A DNA stretch of 64,000 bases from Cercozoa sp. M6MM. Taxonomy: Eukaryota > Protista > Endomyxa: Ascetosporea. Location: assembly GCA_040357565.1 (NCBI GenBank), contig JBDODJ010000013.1; one strand, 5' to 3'. The notes beneath the pieces were generated by a model, which made no database searches, was not told the DNA's origin, and saw nothing but the letters and a program-made list of their open reading frames with translations. Each line of letters starts with the position of its first letter. The first letter of the stretch is position 1. Shown piece by piece: positions 14,422 to 25,872 of this stretch. A program made the translations under genes and the position numbers.

Positions 14422-17400
14422 ATGGTTAAGCGTCGTGCTTCCGGTGAGGCTGCGGGTGCGCCCGAGGCCAAGCGTGCTCGCACCAAGGTATTTTCATATT
14501 TTTCGCGTCGCGTGCAACCGATCGATCATTTTTTGGCGACGTCTGGATTTCCAGAGGTTTATGAAAGAGCTATCTTTCGTTGTTTTCCAGGGGTCGCATC
14601 ATGTGGCGGCCGTTGACGTGGGCGCTCTGCGCGCACGTTCCAAGTCGCAGGTGGAGACGGACGGTGGCAACCCGCCCGTTGACTCCTTCGACGTCGTGCC
14701 CGAGATCGTGACGGCACTGGCGGACACGGGCATCAAGACTCTGTTCCCGATTCAGCAGGTAACCTTGAGTTCAGTCCCCTCTGTTTAAATCCTCCTGACT
14801 GCAACTCACCCTTTAAACTTTTTAGCGCACGTTCGGCGCGATTCTGGGTGGCCGTGACGTGCTCGGCCGTGCCCACACGGGCAGTGGCAAGACGCTCGCG
14901 TTCTCGCTGCCAATCGTGGCCAAGATCGCCAAGTACGGCGGTACTTGCGAAATACTCAAAAAATTCGCAAAATTAAATTCATCGTTGTATGAGTTGCAGG
15001 CCGTCAGATGTCGATCGATGAGCTGCGCCGCTCGCGTGGCCGCAAGCCGCTCGTGATGTGTCTGTGCCCGGTGCGTGAGCTGGCGCAGCAGGTCGGCAAG
15101 GTGTTCGAGACCATGTGCTCTGGTAAGTGTCTCACTGGCATACTTTTTGGCATACTTTTTGACTTGTGGGGTTCCGACTTGACTATTTTGTTTGTTTGAA
15201 TAGCCGTTGGTCTGCGCGTGCTGTGCGTGTACGGCGGCACTGCGTACGACAGTCAGATCCGTGCTCTGCATCGCGGTGTCGATGTGGTCGTGGGCACGCC
15301 GGGTCGCGTGCAGGACCTCATGGAGAAGCAGCACCTGGACCTCTCACTCGTCGAGCATGTCGTGCTTGGTACCTGGGATACACTTTTGTGTGGAGTGTGT
15401 ATGCTGACATATAATGTCCGTGATGACTGTATTGTTTGGTGTGCGAACAGACGAGGCTGATGAGATGCTGAGCATTGGTTTCGAGGAGGCCGTGGAGAAC
15501 ATTGTGTCGGCATGCGGCACTGAGAACCACCAGGGCTTCACGCAGACGCTCCTGTTCTCGGCTACGGTGCCGACCTGGGTGGACAAGATGGTCACCAAGT
15601 ACATGCAGCCCGAGGGCGAGCGTATCACGCAGAAGGTAGACCTGATCTCCCTGTATCTGATATGCCTATATTTCCTTATCCTGGTCTGCAACAGGACCTC
15701 GAGGCCGACAAGGCCAAGGCTGCCGAGCAGCTGCAGGAGGACGCCAGTGAGGAGGAAGAGGACAACGAGGAGTCGTCGGACGACTCTGGCGACGACTCGG
15801 ACAGTGATGACTCTGACTCGGATGACTCTGATGACTCGGATGACTCGGATGAGGACGAGGACGAGGACGACGAGAAGAAGGACGACTCGGAAGACGGTGA
15901 GTACAAGTCGCTGCGCGAGCTGCAGCGCCTCTCGGTCGACCTGGTCGGCAACAAGCAGCGCCAGGCCTCGTCATCGGTGGAGCACATCTGCGTGTGCTGT
16001 CACTACGGTGAGCGACAGAAGGTGCTCGGCGACATCCTGCTGCTGCACGCGGCGCCCAACGAGAAGATCATCATCTTCTGTGAGACCAAGAAGGAGTGCA
16101 ACGAGCTCGTCGTCTCCAAGACGCTGCGTCAGGAGTGTCAGGTACTTGCCCCTCTCCCCCTTGCCCTTTTGTCTTTTTACTTTCCCCCCCCCCCCCCCCG
16201 TACAGGTGCTGCACGGCGACATCCCGCAGAAGCAGCGCGAGATCGTGACCAAGGGCTTCCGCGACGGTGCCTTCCAGTGCCTGATTGCCACCGATGTCGC
16301 CGCGCGTGGTCTTGACTTCCCGGACGTCAAGCTCGTCGTGCAGTGCAAGCCGCCCATGTCGTCCGAGACCTGTACCTCTCCTATCCATACATACATGCTT
16401 GCATACATGTACACATACATACGTATGTACATGTGTGTATGTTTATGTACTGCAGATGTGCACCGCTCTGGTCGTACGGGCCGTGCCGGACAGGTCGGCA
16501 AGAGCATTCTGTTTTTCACGCCGCGCGAGACGTACGACGTGGCGCGACTCGCCAAGCGCGCCAAGGTCGACTTCAAGCGCATCGGCTGTCCGCAACCGCG
16601 CGACCTGGTAGGCTTGTCTCTACTCCTTACCCCTTCCTCTTTACCCCTTCCTCTTTACCCCCTCCCCACCGCAGGTGCGTGCGACGGGCCACGATGCCGT
16701 GGAGGCCATCAAGGGCGTCGACACCAACATGGTCGACGACTTCCGCGATGCGGCGCAGCAGCTGCTGGAGAAGATGCCGGCTGACGACGCTGTGGCTGCT
16801 GCCATGGCTGCCATGGTACACCTCTATTTGTCCTGGTGTGTGCTCCGGTTGGACTAGTTTGACTCATCCTTGCACGGTATCCTTGTGTGGCACAGGCTGG
16901 CTACACGGCGCACTCGGAGCGACGCTCGCTGTTGAGTGGCACGCCGGGCTACGTGACCGTGATGGTGGCCGTGCCCAAGGAGGTGCGCTCGCTCGGTTAC
17001 TTCCGCTCGCTCATTCGCAACAACCTCGGCCATGAGTAAGACATGTTTTACCCTCCCCTTCTTTCTTACCCCTTTACCACCACCCTTTACCCTCCGTTAC
17101 ACACAGGTGCCTGGAGACGATGCGCGGCCTGTCGTACTGCGAGCCGCCAAGTGGCGAGGGTGCCGCTGCCGTCGCCGACATCAGCGAGCAGTTCGAGAAG
17201 ATTGTGCAAGACTTTGAGGGTACCTTGTGGTCCTGTGTGCTGCTTAACGAATGCTCAAGTGCATATGTACCACTGTGATTGCGCAGACCCCGAGACACAG
17301 ATCATGGTGCCGCAGGCTCTTCCCAAGATGGACCTGCCCGAGCCGAACATGAATGGCGGCAATGGCGGTGGCAACTGGGGCGGCAACCGTCGCGGCGGCT

Positions 17401-17749
17401 TCCGCGGGTAGGCCAGGCACCTCCCTTCCCCTCTCTGTCATGTATGTACCCTTTGTATGTCCATTTGTATTAAAAAACACAGTGGTCGCGGTGGCCGTGG
17501 TGGCTACGGCGGTCGCGGCGGTGGCTACGGCGGTCGCGGCGGTGGTGGTGGCTACGGCGGTCGCGGTGGCTACAACCGCAACGGTGGCGGCGGCTTCCGA
17601 AACGGCGGTGGACGAGGCCGTGGACGCGGTGGCTTCGGTGGTCGCGGTCGCGGGTACAGCCTCCTCTTTACCCCGCGTACTATCTAAAACTGTATTTTGC
17701 TGACAGTCGTGGCCGCGGTGGTGGTGGCTTCCGTCGCAACAACTACTAA
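14422..17749 (+). CDS. DEAD-box RNA helicase, DDX21/DDX50/RH7 type (GUCT-like region plus RGG tail)
   Basis: Motifs LFPIQ, AHTGSGKT, PVRELAQQV, GTPGR, LDEADEML, SAT, LHGD, ATDVAARGLD, HRSGRTGRAG and RSLLSG, then RGG repeats. Stop at 17747-17749. Confidence 0.95.
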
Positions 17750-18398
17750 CTTCGATTTATTTTCACCGGCGTCGTTCTTGCCAAGCGACGCCACCAGACT
17801 GAAAAATGACACCGACTCGACCCTGCACACCTTCGCACGTGTCCGTCGTGTCTGCCCTCATTGAACTTTCAAACCGTCCCATCTTTGATCTGATCGTCGC
17901 ACACAAATGACTCACGCTCATGTGCTGTCATGTGCAAAATTAACATAGTAGTACTTGTATTATTTTGCACGGGAGCGGGTGGCACTACTATGTCACGGCA
18001 TAGGTAACTACTACAGTTTCAGAACAAGCCGAAACTGCACTGAAAGAACGAACCTGACTTAAGGTCCAGGCGTAAGCGCATCGTAAAAAACGACGGGAAC
18101 GGAATCAATAATACACTAGCTGAGGAACAGTCGAGGAAGAGCGTGGCGAAAAAGCGTCTCACACGGGCCAAAATTCGTCCTGCTGCGGGATGCCTGCACG
18201 GCCAGACGTAGGTGTGTTATGCGTGTGCGTGTAAGTGTGTGCAATGTGAGTGTGTGCTGTGAGGTGTTACTGTAGACGAGCGAGTGCTTGCAAGGAAATT
18301 AAGGGTGCGTGGTCGAGGTGGCTATTGTGAGCGCACACACACACACACGCACACACACGCACACACGAGTGCAAGCCGTGTGAGCACGTGCGAGGCGT

Positions 18399-20073
18399 CT
18401 ACATGAAATCGTCGTCATCATCGGGAATGATGATGATCTCCCTGAGCGAGTTGAACACGTGCGCAATGTTCGACGTGTCCGTAGCGCACGTCACGTGCGG
18501 GTACAGTCGCCGGTTCGACCGGTTGCGCGCCGCGAACTGATCGCGAATGTAGCGCACACACGCTTCCTATCGGGTAAAAGGCAAGGGGTAGAGGCAAGGG
18601 CCAGGGGGGTAGGGGTTAAGCGTGGGGCAAGGGATAGAGGTAGCGAGGGTACGAAGGACTGCGGCCCCGTGTAGTTCGGGAAGCACGTAGTGAGCGGCTT
18701 CTTCTTGATCTTCTCCTCGAAAAGATCGCGCTTGTTGAGGAACAGAATCACCGGCGTCTTGAGGAACCAGCGCGAGTTCACCACCTGGGGGGGGGGGGGT
18801 AAAGGTATATATATATATATATATACATAAGCGAGGGTAGGGGTCACCTCGTCGAACAGCGCGAGCGACTCGTTGAGCCGGTTGGTGTTGGCGTCCTCAA
18901 ACATGACCTGGTCGTACTCGGAGATAGCGACGACGTAGATGATGCCCGTGACCTTTTCGTCAGGCTTCTGGCCCGTAGCCAGTTCCTCGAACACTCGTAG
19001 CCACTTCTTGCGCTCCGAGCGTTGGCCGCCCACGTCGCGCATCGAGAACTTCACGCCGTCAATGTCGAACTGCGTGCTCACGATACCCGTGGTACGCACA
19101 CGCGTGCGCAGCACGTCCTGCTCCGACGGCACGTAGCCGCCTTGCACCACCTCGCGCACCTGTCCATACCATAAGCATACATATATATATATATATATAT
19201 AATTTATACATATATATATATACGACTCCCCGTACCTTGTCCAGAAAGTAGGCCGCTGAGTCCGGCAACTGGAACTCTGCGCGTCGCTCGTACGCCTCGC
19301 GCACACCCTGAGATTCCCAGGGGGTATGAGGTACAGGGTAGGGTATGGGGGGGGGGGGGGGGAGGGGTACCTCATCGCGCCAGATGAGCTCGATGGCCGA
19401 CGCGAGTTCCTCGGAAAGTTCGCTGTCCTCGGCGTGCTGCTCGATGAGATCGGCGGCCTGTCGGAACTCGGCCGTCGTCGGTGTCACGATACCGAGTTTC
19501 TGGCAGCCACGCAGCAGGCCCACGGCCGCCTGGATCGTGTTCTCGCACACCGTGTCGAGGAACTCCTTGCGCGTCTCCAGCGGGAAACCCGTGCCGAACA
19601 GAGCCTTCATCTGCTTCAGCAACGTCGACTTGCCGGACTCACCAGCGCCCAGCACCTGCAAGAAAGTCACATACCACCCCCCCCCCCCCCCCCACTGTGC
19701 CAATAGTGTACCAATAGTGTGTGCACGTCCGCCTCCACCGACGGTCCGCGCGTCGTTGCGACTGGCGTGTCATCTTGGAGAGCGGCAGCCTTGGTGCCGG
19801 CTCGATCTGCAGCGCATACACCGGAAGTCACATCAGCATTTAAAAAAAAACCAACACCAATCCAGACAAAACAACAGAAATCTCTGGGTCGACCACGTGC
19901 GTCGCCCGCCACGTGGGCGCACACGCCCAGTGGCAGGCATGTACGTGATTGCACACAGATTTAAGACCCACTCACTCACACGGCACGCCACAACACTTAG
20001 ACCGCGAGAAAACAAAAAAGAAAAGACAACCGGGCGGTGACTTACCCTGGTTTGACGACATGCATGCGCCCAT
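18399..20073 (-). CDS. Heterotrimeric G-protein alpha subunit
   Basis: MGACMS acylation motif; G1 [10 protein letters not shown]2 RVRTTG, G3 DVGGQR, G4 NKRD, G5 TCAT. Seven exons with canonical junctions. Confidence 0.97.
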
Positions 20074-20340
20074 GTGTCGTGTTGGTCCTAATATGCGCAC
20101 TATGAACCCCGAAATGTAAACTTGTGTCAATTCGATCGCTTCGATTTCGTTGAGTATTTTTTTAATCTTTCCGGTAAACCGGACTCCGGGACCGGCACAG
20201 ACCTCTGACCTGGTCTCACGCAGCAGTTTCCGTGTGCACGATGCAGCTCAGGTACAAACACAATTTTGTATACAACGTATTCGGTTTAATAAAATAGATT
20301 TGTTGTTTTCAATCAGGGAACTGACAGAATTGGCGGCGGC

Positions 20341-21006
20341 TTGGCTCCAGTTGCCTCGCCTAGAAGGGTTTCTGACGAAGGTAGCACCCGTGCGCAGTTG
20401 ACGTGCCGTGCATGTCTGGTGTTGTACTGGCAGGTGACGATCCGCGTGGCACAACCTGGCAGGGTCTTGTTGCCAGCGACGTCACTTCGCCACACAGACA
20501 CCGTCGAGCCTGGCCAAGAGAATGGAGCAACGGTTGTGACCAGAACAGTGACAACTGAGGGCAACGGTGATGACGCTGTGCTATGGAGAGAAACGCTGCA
20601 TTTGACTGATCAGTCACTCGAAGTGCCAGCGCCAAGGCCTGGTTTGAACGAGCCCGACGACAGTTCAGAGCACGACCGAACTTTAACCACTTCGAACGTT
20701 GACGTATCAAACGCTCTCTCTTGTGTGACTCTCTCATTTTTCTGACACGCGTTGAGTGTGTAGGACTGTATTGCGCACATGCTATCGGCTTCCGTGTCAG
20801 TGGCTGTTCAACATGGTCACACAAACATGAAACTCTTCCGCGCGGACGTCAGGCACGCTCTCCCTGACGGCGAGGAAACGGTGTATGTCATGTGCAAGCG
20901 TGCTCCTCTTACCACACAACGCAAGGGTGAACTTGGTGTCAAGAGCGTCGCGATCTGTCATGGCAACCTGCACATCCTCGGCGAAGCACTGTTTGCGCCT
21001 ATGTAA
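20341..21006 (+). CDS. Hypothetical protein
   Basis: Two ORF segments (to ~20703 and 20764-21006) joinable by a GT-AG intron. No recognisable motif; start unknown. Confidence 0.3.
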
Positions 21007-21440
21007 TAACCTCAGGTGAACGGAAACTGAACGAATTAAACGCAAGCGGGACTCGAAGACACGACAATGTTCCGGTTCGCGTTATCGCAAGATGGGTCCG
21101 TCCGTCACGTCAGTCAGGTAAACGAATTAGCGTAGATGCCAGTGTACAGTACTAGTAGGTATACCTCCGTACTGTAACTAAGTCATCATTTTCGGGAAAA
21201 CAACCCTCTAGCACTATGGCGGGCCAATCACTTGATCAACTGTGCTCTGGCACTAACTTCTTATTTTCCATAAGGGTTTGCAATGAGTGCGAGCGCGTGC
21301 GCCGACGAGAAATTCAAACGCGGCGAACATTAAAGTCCGAAGGCGCACTGGCACCAGTACTCCCTGGTCGCTCGGCTTGCGTGGCCAGTTCTAAGGTAGT
21401 CGCGCGTGTGTTTGGGTGCCCAATGTGTAAGCGCTTCACA

Positions 21441-23228
21441 ATGACCGCGCTTTTGGGCCATCTAGTTGTCGTCTTGGGTTTGTTGAGTGCGGTTTCCGGC
21501 TCACAACATACCTCGGTATTTCTGCTTTTCGGTTCGGTTGTATTTGTAAACCGTTTCCTTAGCCCGAACTGCCCGATCGGCACAGTCAGACGGTGCAGGT
21601 GACGCTCACAATGGCACTCGGCGTGGATGTCAGCCCTGGGCTCGATTACACCTCGCCAATCCAGCAAGCGTTCAAAGGTACGTATATACGTCAAGATAAA
21701 TTTAGAGTAAATTTGCGAAACTGTTTGTTTGTGTGAATCCTAGAGTGGCAAACTCGACTCAGCCAGCTCTTGCTGACAGTTGAGTTGTCGCAGAGATCTC
21801 AAAGTGCACTGCAACTTCTCGCGTTGCACGCTCAACCGGAGCAAGTGAGACTGCAGGATCGCTACAGCGGAGCGCCGCATTCACTGACCTTGGCGATTCG
21901 CGTGCCGCCTCACCTGGGTCTGCTGGGGCAGCTGCCACACTACCACGCCAGCACTGTGATGCAGGAATTCTTCTTTGCCGCTCAGGTCCATCGCTGTTGT
22001 TTCCTTTCGACAGTTACTGTAATGGAGGTTGACATGAGTCTTTTATAGGCGAGTATAGCGACACCAGTGCTGTCATCCATGTTCGAACTTCGCGATCGTG
22101 TGGCGATTGTTCAGCTTCACTGCAAGTAAGTAACTGTGCGTACCGTACACAACGAAAGTATCACCTTCACATGAGACTGTACAGGGAACGTATGCTTGAA
22201 TTCAACACAAGTATTCACATTCACTCGCAGGGTTACGGGTATCGGTGTCTTTCTCATGCTGTGAGTTGAGTTGTTCTGTTTGATTCTTCTGTTTGATAGC
22301 ACGCTAATGCATTCACCGTACTTGCGCAAGTGCTTGCTTTGCCCGATGCAGCCGTGTCGATCGGAGAATTGCCCGTTCGCACACACTCCGACGGAACGTC
22401 GTGTGCCGCTGCCTCCAAGCGAATTTGGCACATTTCAGTGCTCCAACGTGAGCAGCGAGTGTCGACAGGGTTTTCACTGTCTTGGTCGGCACACCGATGA
22501 GTCACAAAGCCAGAATTTGCAACGTCGCATGCAAATCATTGCCAACTTTGTGCAACAAGGTCGCAGTCAGAGAGACGGTAATTTTCCAGAAATGTTCAGT
22601 CACCTTCCAGATTTGTTTTAAATTTACCTTTGTGCGCACTCCCTGGCAGATACAGCCATTTTGGCAGCACTGGATTGCATCAGAACGCTGAAGCTCACAG
22701 CTCTAACCGAAGGCACAACCGAGGATGGGCTAAAGGCATGCCAGTTGTATCAGCAAGCGGTGAGACCAGTTTTTCGCAGGTTTTCATATCCGAACTGATT
22801 GTTAAATCTTGAAGACTACAGCTCTGGCCAACATGGACATCTACTCGGAAACACTTCAGCGACTGAAAGGTTGTTACGCGAGAAGGTTTTCGGATGTCCC
22901 AGAGTTCGGGGGTACGCTGCGCCAGCAGACGTTTGCGTCCACAGCGGCACCCAATTCCGCGCAGCCACAGCAGCAACAACATCATCAACAACAACAACAG
23001 CAGCAACAACAGCAGCAACAACAACAGCATCAACAACAACAGCATCAACAACAACAGCAGCAACAACAACAAGCGGGAATCAACGAACTGCAGGCTCGAG
23101 TTGCCGCATTGGAAGACGATGTGCGTCGGTATGAGCAATACACGGAGGTGTTAGAGACGGCTGTGCAACGCGAGTATCACTGCACCGGAGAGGCGGTAGT
23201 GCCTCGTCGCCGTTGCTACAGCCAGTAA
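21441..23228 (+). CDS. CCCH zinc-finger protein with poly-Q tract and C-terminal coiled coil
   Basis: CPMQPCRSENCPFAH and CSNVSSECRQGFHCLGRH (CCCH spacing), a CAA/CAG tract, and INELQARVAALEDDV heptads. First exon tentative. Confidence 0.65.
22966..23072 (+). repeat. Coding CAA/CAG (poly-Gln with His) repeat
   Basis: Directly visible. Confidence 0.95.
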
Positions 23229-23990
23229 AGTAAATTTACCGTGACGAGAACGGTAGTTTTGTGAGCGAGAAAAACGTCGGTAAAATACACCAATTCAGCG
23301 ACACTTGGAGTTTCAATCACTGCTAGTAGCTAGCGCCATTCCTAGGTGTAGTCAAAAATGACCGGTAGGGTCTCCTTTCGGAGTCAGGAACTGACGCACG
23401 AATATTTTTATTCCAAATATGTTATCCGAGTCAGTTTTACGAGGCTGAAGGAGCTTCAACGGATTCAGTGTTGTCTTTTAATAAATTTAGAATCCGGGAC
23501 CCTGGCGCGGCTGCTGTACGAACGATTCAGTAGTCAAATCGAGGGGTTGACTGTACGGGCTTTCTCTGCTCAATAGAACTCTCTGACTTAAACTTGTCAC
23601 CCAGGTCGAGTGGCTTGCGCGCCCGCACGTGCAAGCGCAGCTGCGAGAGAACTGCGGAAATCGCCTTCGTTTGCCCGTTCATGCGCTGCCAGAAGACGGT
23701 CGCTGGCTCCTCAACCTGAATGTAAAGTCCGATTTAACACACAACAGACAACTGGAGAAAATTGATACCGTTGTTGTCTGGGCAGAGTGAGGTCGTCGCA
23801 GAGGAGATCGAGAAACTGGTCGCAAATGAAGTTCGCGTCGAGTTTCGAGATGAAGACTTCGAGCAGTCCGAAAGTGAAGGCAACGTCAGTGATGAAGAAA
23901 TCCCTCAATCGTAAACCACTACATAAAACTTACAGACCAGGCCTCAGTGGAAATGAGAAACTTATGTTTTTCAGGCAAGCCATCTCAGTA

Positions 23991-25773
23991 ATGTCGAACC
24001 CAGTGCAGCCTTCGGCACCTCCAGCTCCTCCTCCGGAGTACCAGGAGTACGTGCAGCAACAAGGACCACAGGTTACACAACCGTACCAGCAAGAGTACCA
24101 AGCGTCTCCAGTTCAGCAAACGCGAGTGATCGCGCAGTCTCCTGTCGACGTCGCTGGTATCCGTCATCAGGATTCGGCCATCTGGGTACAGCCGCTTTTG
24201 CTCCTAGAGGACTGGGTTAATAGGCCAGTAAATGAGAACGAACTCAACTCAGGGAAAGGCGATTGTCAGGATTCTCGGCACTGCAGCATGGACGGTGCTG
24301 GGAGCAATCATTCCGTTTTACTTCTTCCTTGCTGTAACACTGCAACTCTCACCGCCAGCACAAGAAGGCACACAGTAAATTTACAGTTATGCGTGCGTAA
24401 AGGTGGCACGCGCAAGCGCCGAACAGGGGTATCCGGTGGCAGTGGTTTCCGGCACCTCACCCATCTACGTGTTGCCGTTGTTGGTGTTCTTAATTTTTCG
24501 ATTCCGGCAACTCGGCACGCCGCGCGGTTCGACGCTGCACCTGTGGACTGTCGGAGCAACCTTTGGATACCTTGGGAGCCTCATTTTTGGCAGTGTTGCA
24601 GCAGGCTTCGCAGTGGCCTATCAACGACAGGAGAACTTTGTTCAGGTGTGTTCCTTCTCGAGCTGTTTTGTTTTAGCCATGAATCTGTCTTCTGTCAGGT
24701 GGGAGAGTTGGCGAAAGTAACGACAATTTTGCCACAGGAAGCACTGCAAGCACGCGGCTATCATTGTACCTACACTCACAAACTGAAGTTTGGTCGCTTT
24801 GTTTTCTTTCAGTTTACAGTTGATGCAATACAGTGACACTCCCAATGGACATCAATGTGGATCCAGCGAAGGCGGTTCGACTTGTGGGTTGAGCATTCTG
24901 GCCAAATGGACCAACAAATCTAGATTTACTCTGCAGATTCGAGAGAAATCAGGCACACAGTATCGAAACCACGTTTGCGTTGCGCCCATTATGCGAGTGC
25001 CTTTGACTTTAGACGAAACTGACTGTTTGACTGTGTATTCTGGCAACTGAACGCAGGCGCAAGAAGCGAGCACAAACTTCTTCATGGTGTACGACGGCAA
25101 CAACGACATCCAAGGACTGTGCAACAACACTGACACCGTAGCGCTTTCGTTTTGCGAGGCTTCAGTTGCTAAATTTACTGTACTGTGTTCATGAAACAGG
25201 ACAACTTGCGCAAACTGTTCCGACTGGCGATGGAAGAACGAAATGTTTTGGTACGGTAGCAAAACGCACTTCAACACCTTTTATGTGCCAAACCACTTGC
25301 AACTGACAGTCTCCGCCCTCGCGCGATTTCGTTAAATTCACTTTTCGTGACAAGGAGATTGCCGAACAGGCGGCTTTGCAGGTCCCAACCCATCCATACT
25401 CAGTGCTTGAAGGTGACTACCCGCACTGCAAATGTGCAGATCGCATCGAACCTTAATTTTTCGACGAGGACCCTCCCTACACTGTGAAATAAGTTTCTAC
25501 CTGCAGTTGTACGTGTGATATCTGTGGTGGGTGCGCATGTTGCAGTTGTACGGTCCAGACCCAGCGAAAAAGCAGCAAACCAGAAGCGAAATAATCAAGG
25601 TTCACAATATTCAGTAGTATCCGTAGCGTTCCCAGTGCTCGCACTGCAAATATCCACTGTACTGGACGCAGGGCATGCTAATTGGAGTCATGTGCTGGTG
25701 CCTCTTGGCTTTTTTCGGTGTCATGGCCTACGCGCAGCGAGCATACTCGCGCGGACGACTCACGACGACTTGA
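23991..25773 (+). CDS. Hypothetical multi-pass membrane protein with N-terminal PPxY motif
   Basis: MSNPVQPSAPPAPPPEY, followed by spliced hydrophobic segments (ILGTAAWTVLGAIIPFYFFLA, IYVLPLLVFLIF, LGSLIFGSVAAGFAVAY, GMLIGVMCWCLLAFFGVMAY). Confidence 0.6.
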
Positions 25774-25872
25774 TCTGACCTTTCATTGGCAACTGTGGCG
25801 GAACCGATATTGCAATTCGGTCAATAGCAGTTCATTTTTAGTTCATAACCAGCTAAGTTCAGTCCCGTTCAT

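Noticed and set aside
19700-19720. Duplicated ACACTATTGG straddling a G-alpha donor site (possible target-site duplication of an introner)
   Set aside because: Essentially an isolated case; no shared terminal repeats or sequence-similar intron family were visible.
24187-24270. Possible 22-nt intron plus 8-nt micro-exon
   Set aside because: A single ordinary intron (24187-24252) restores the same frame more simply.
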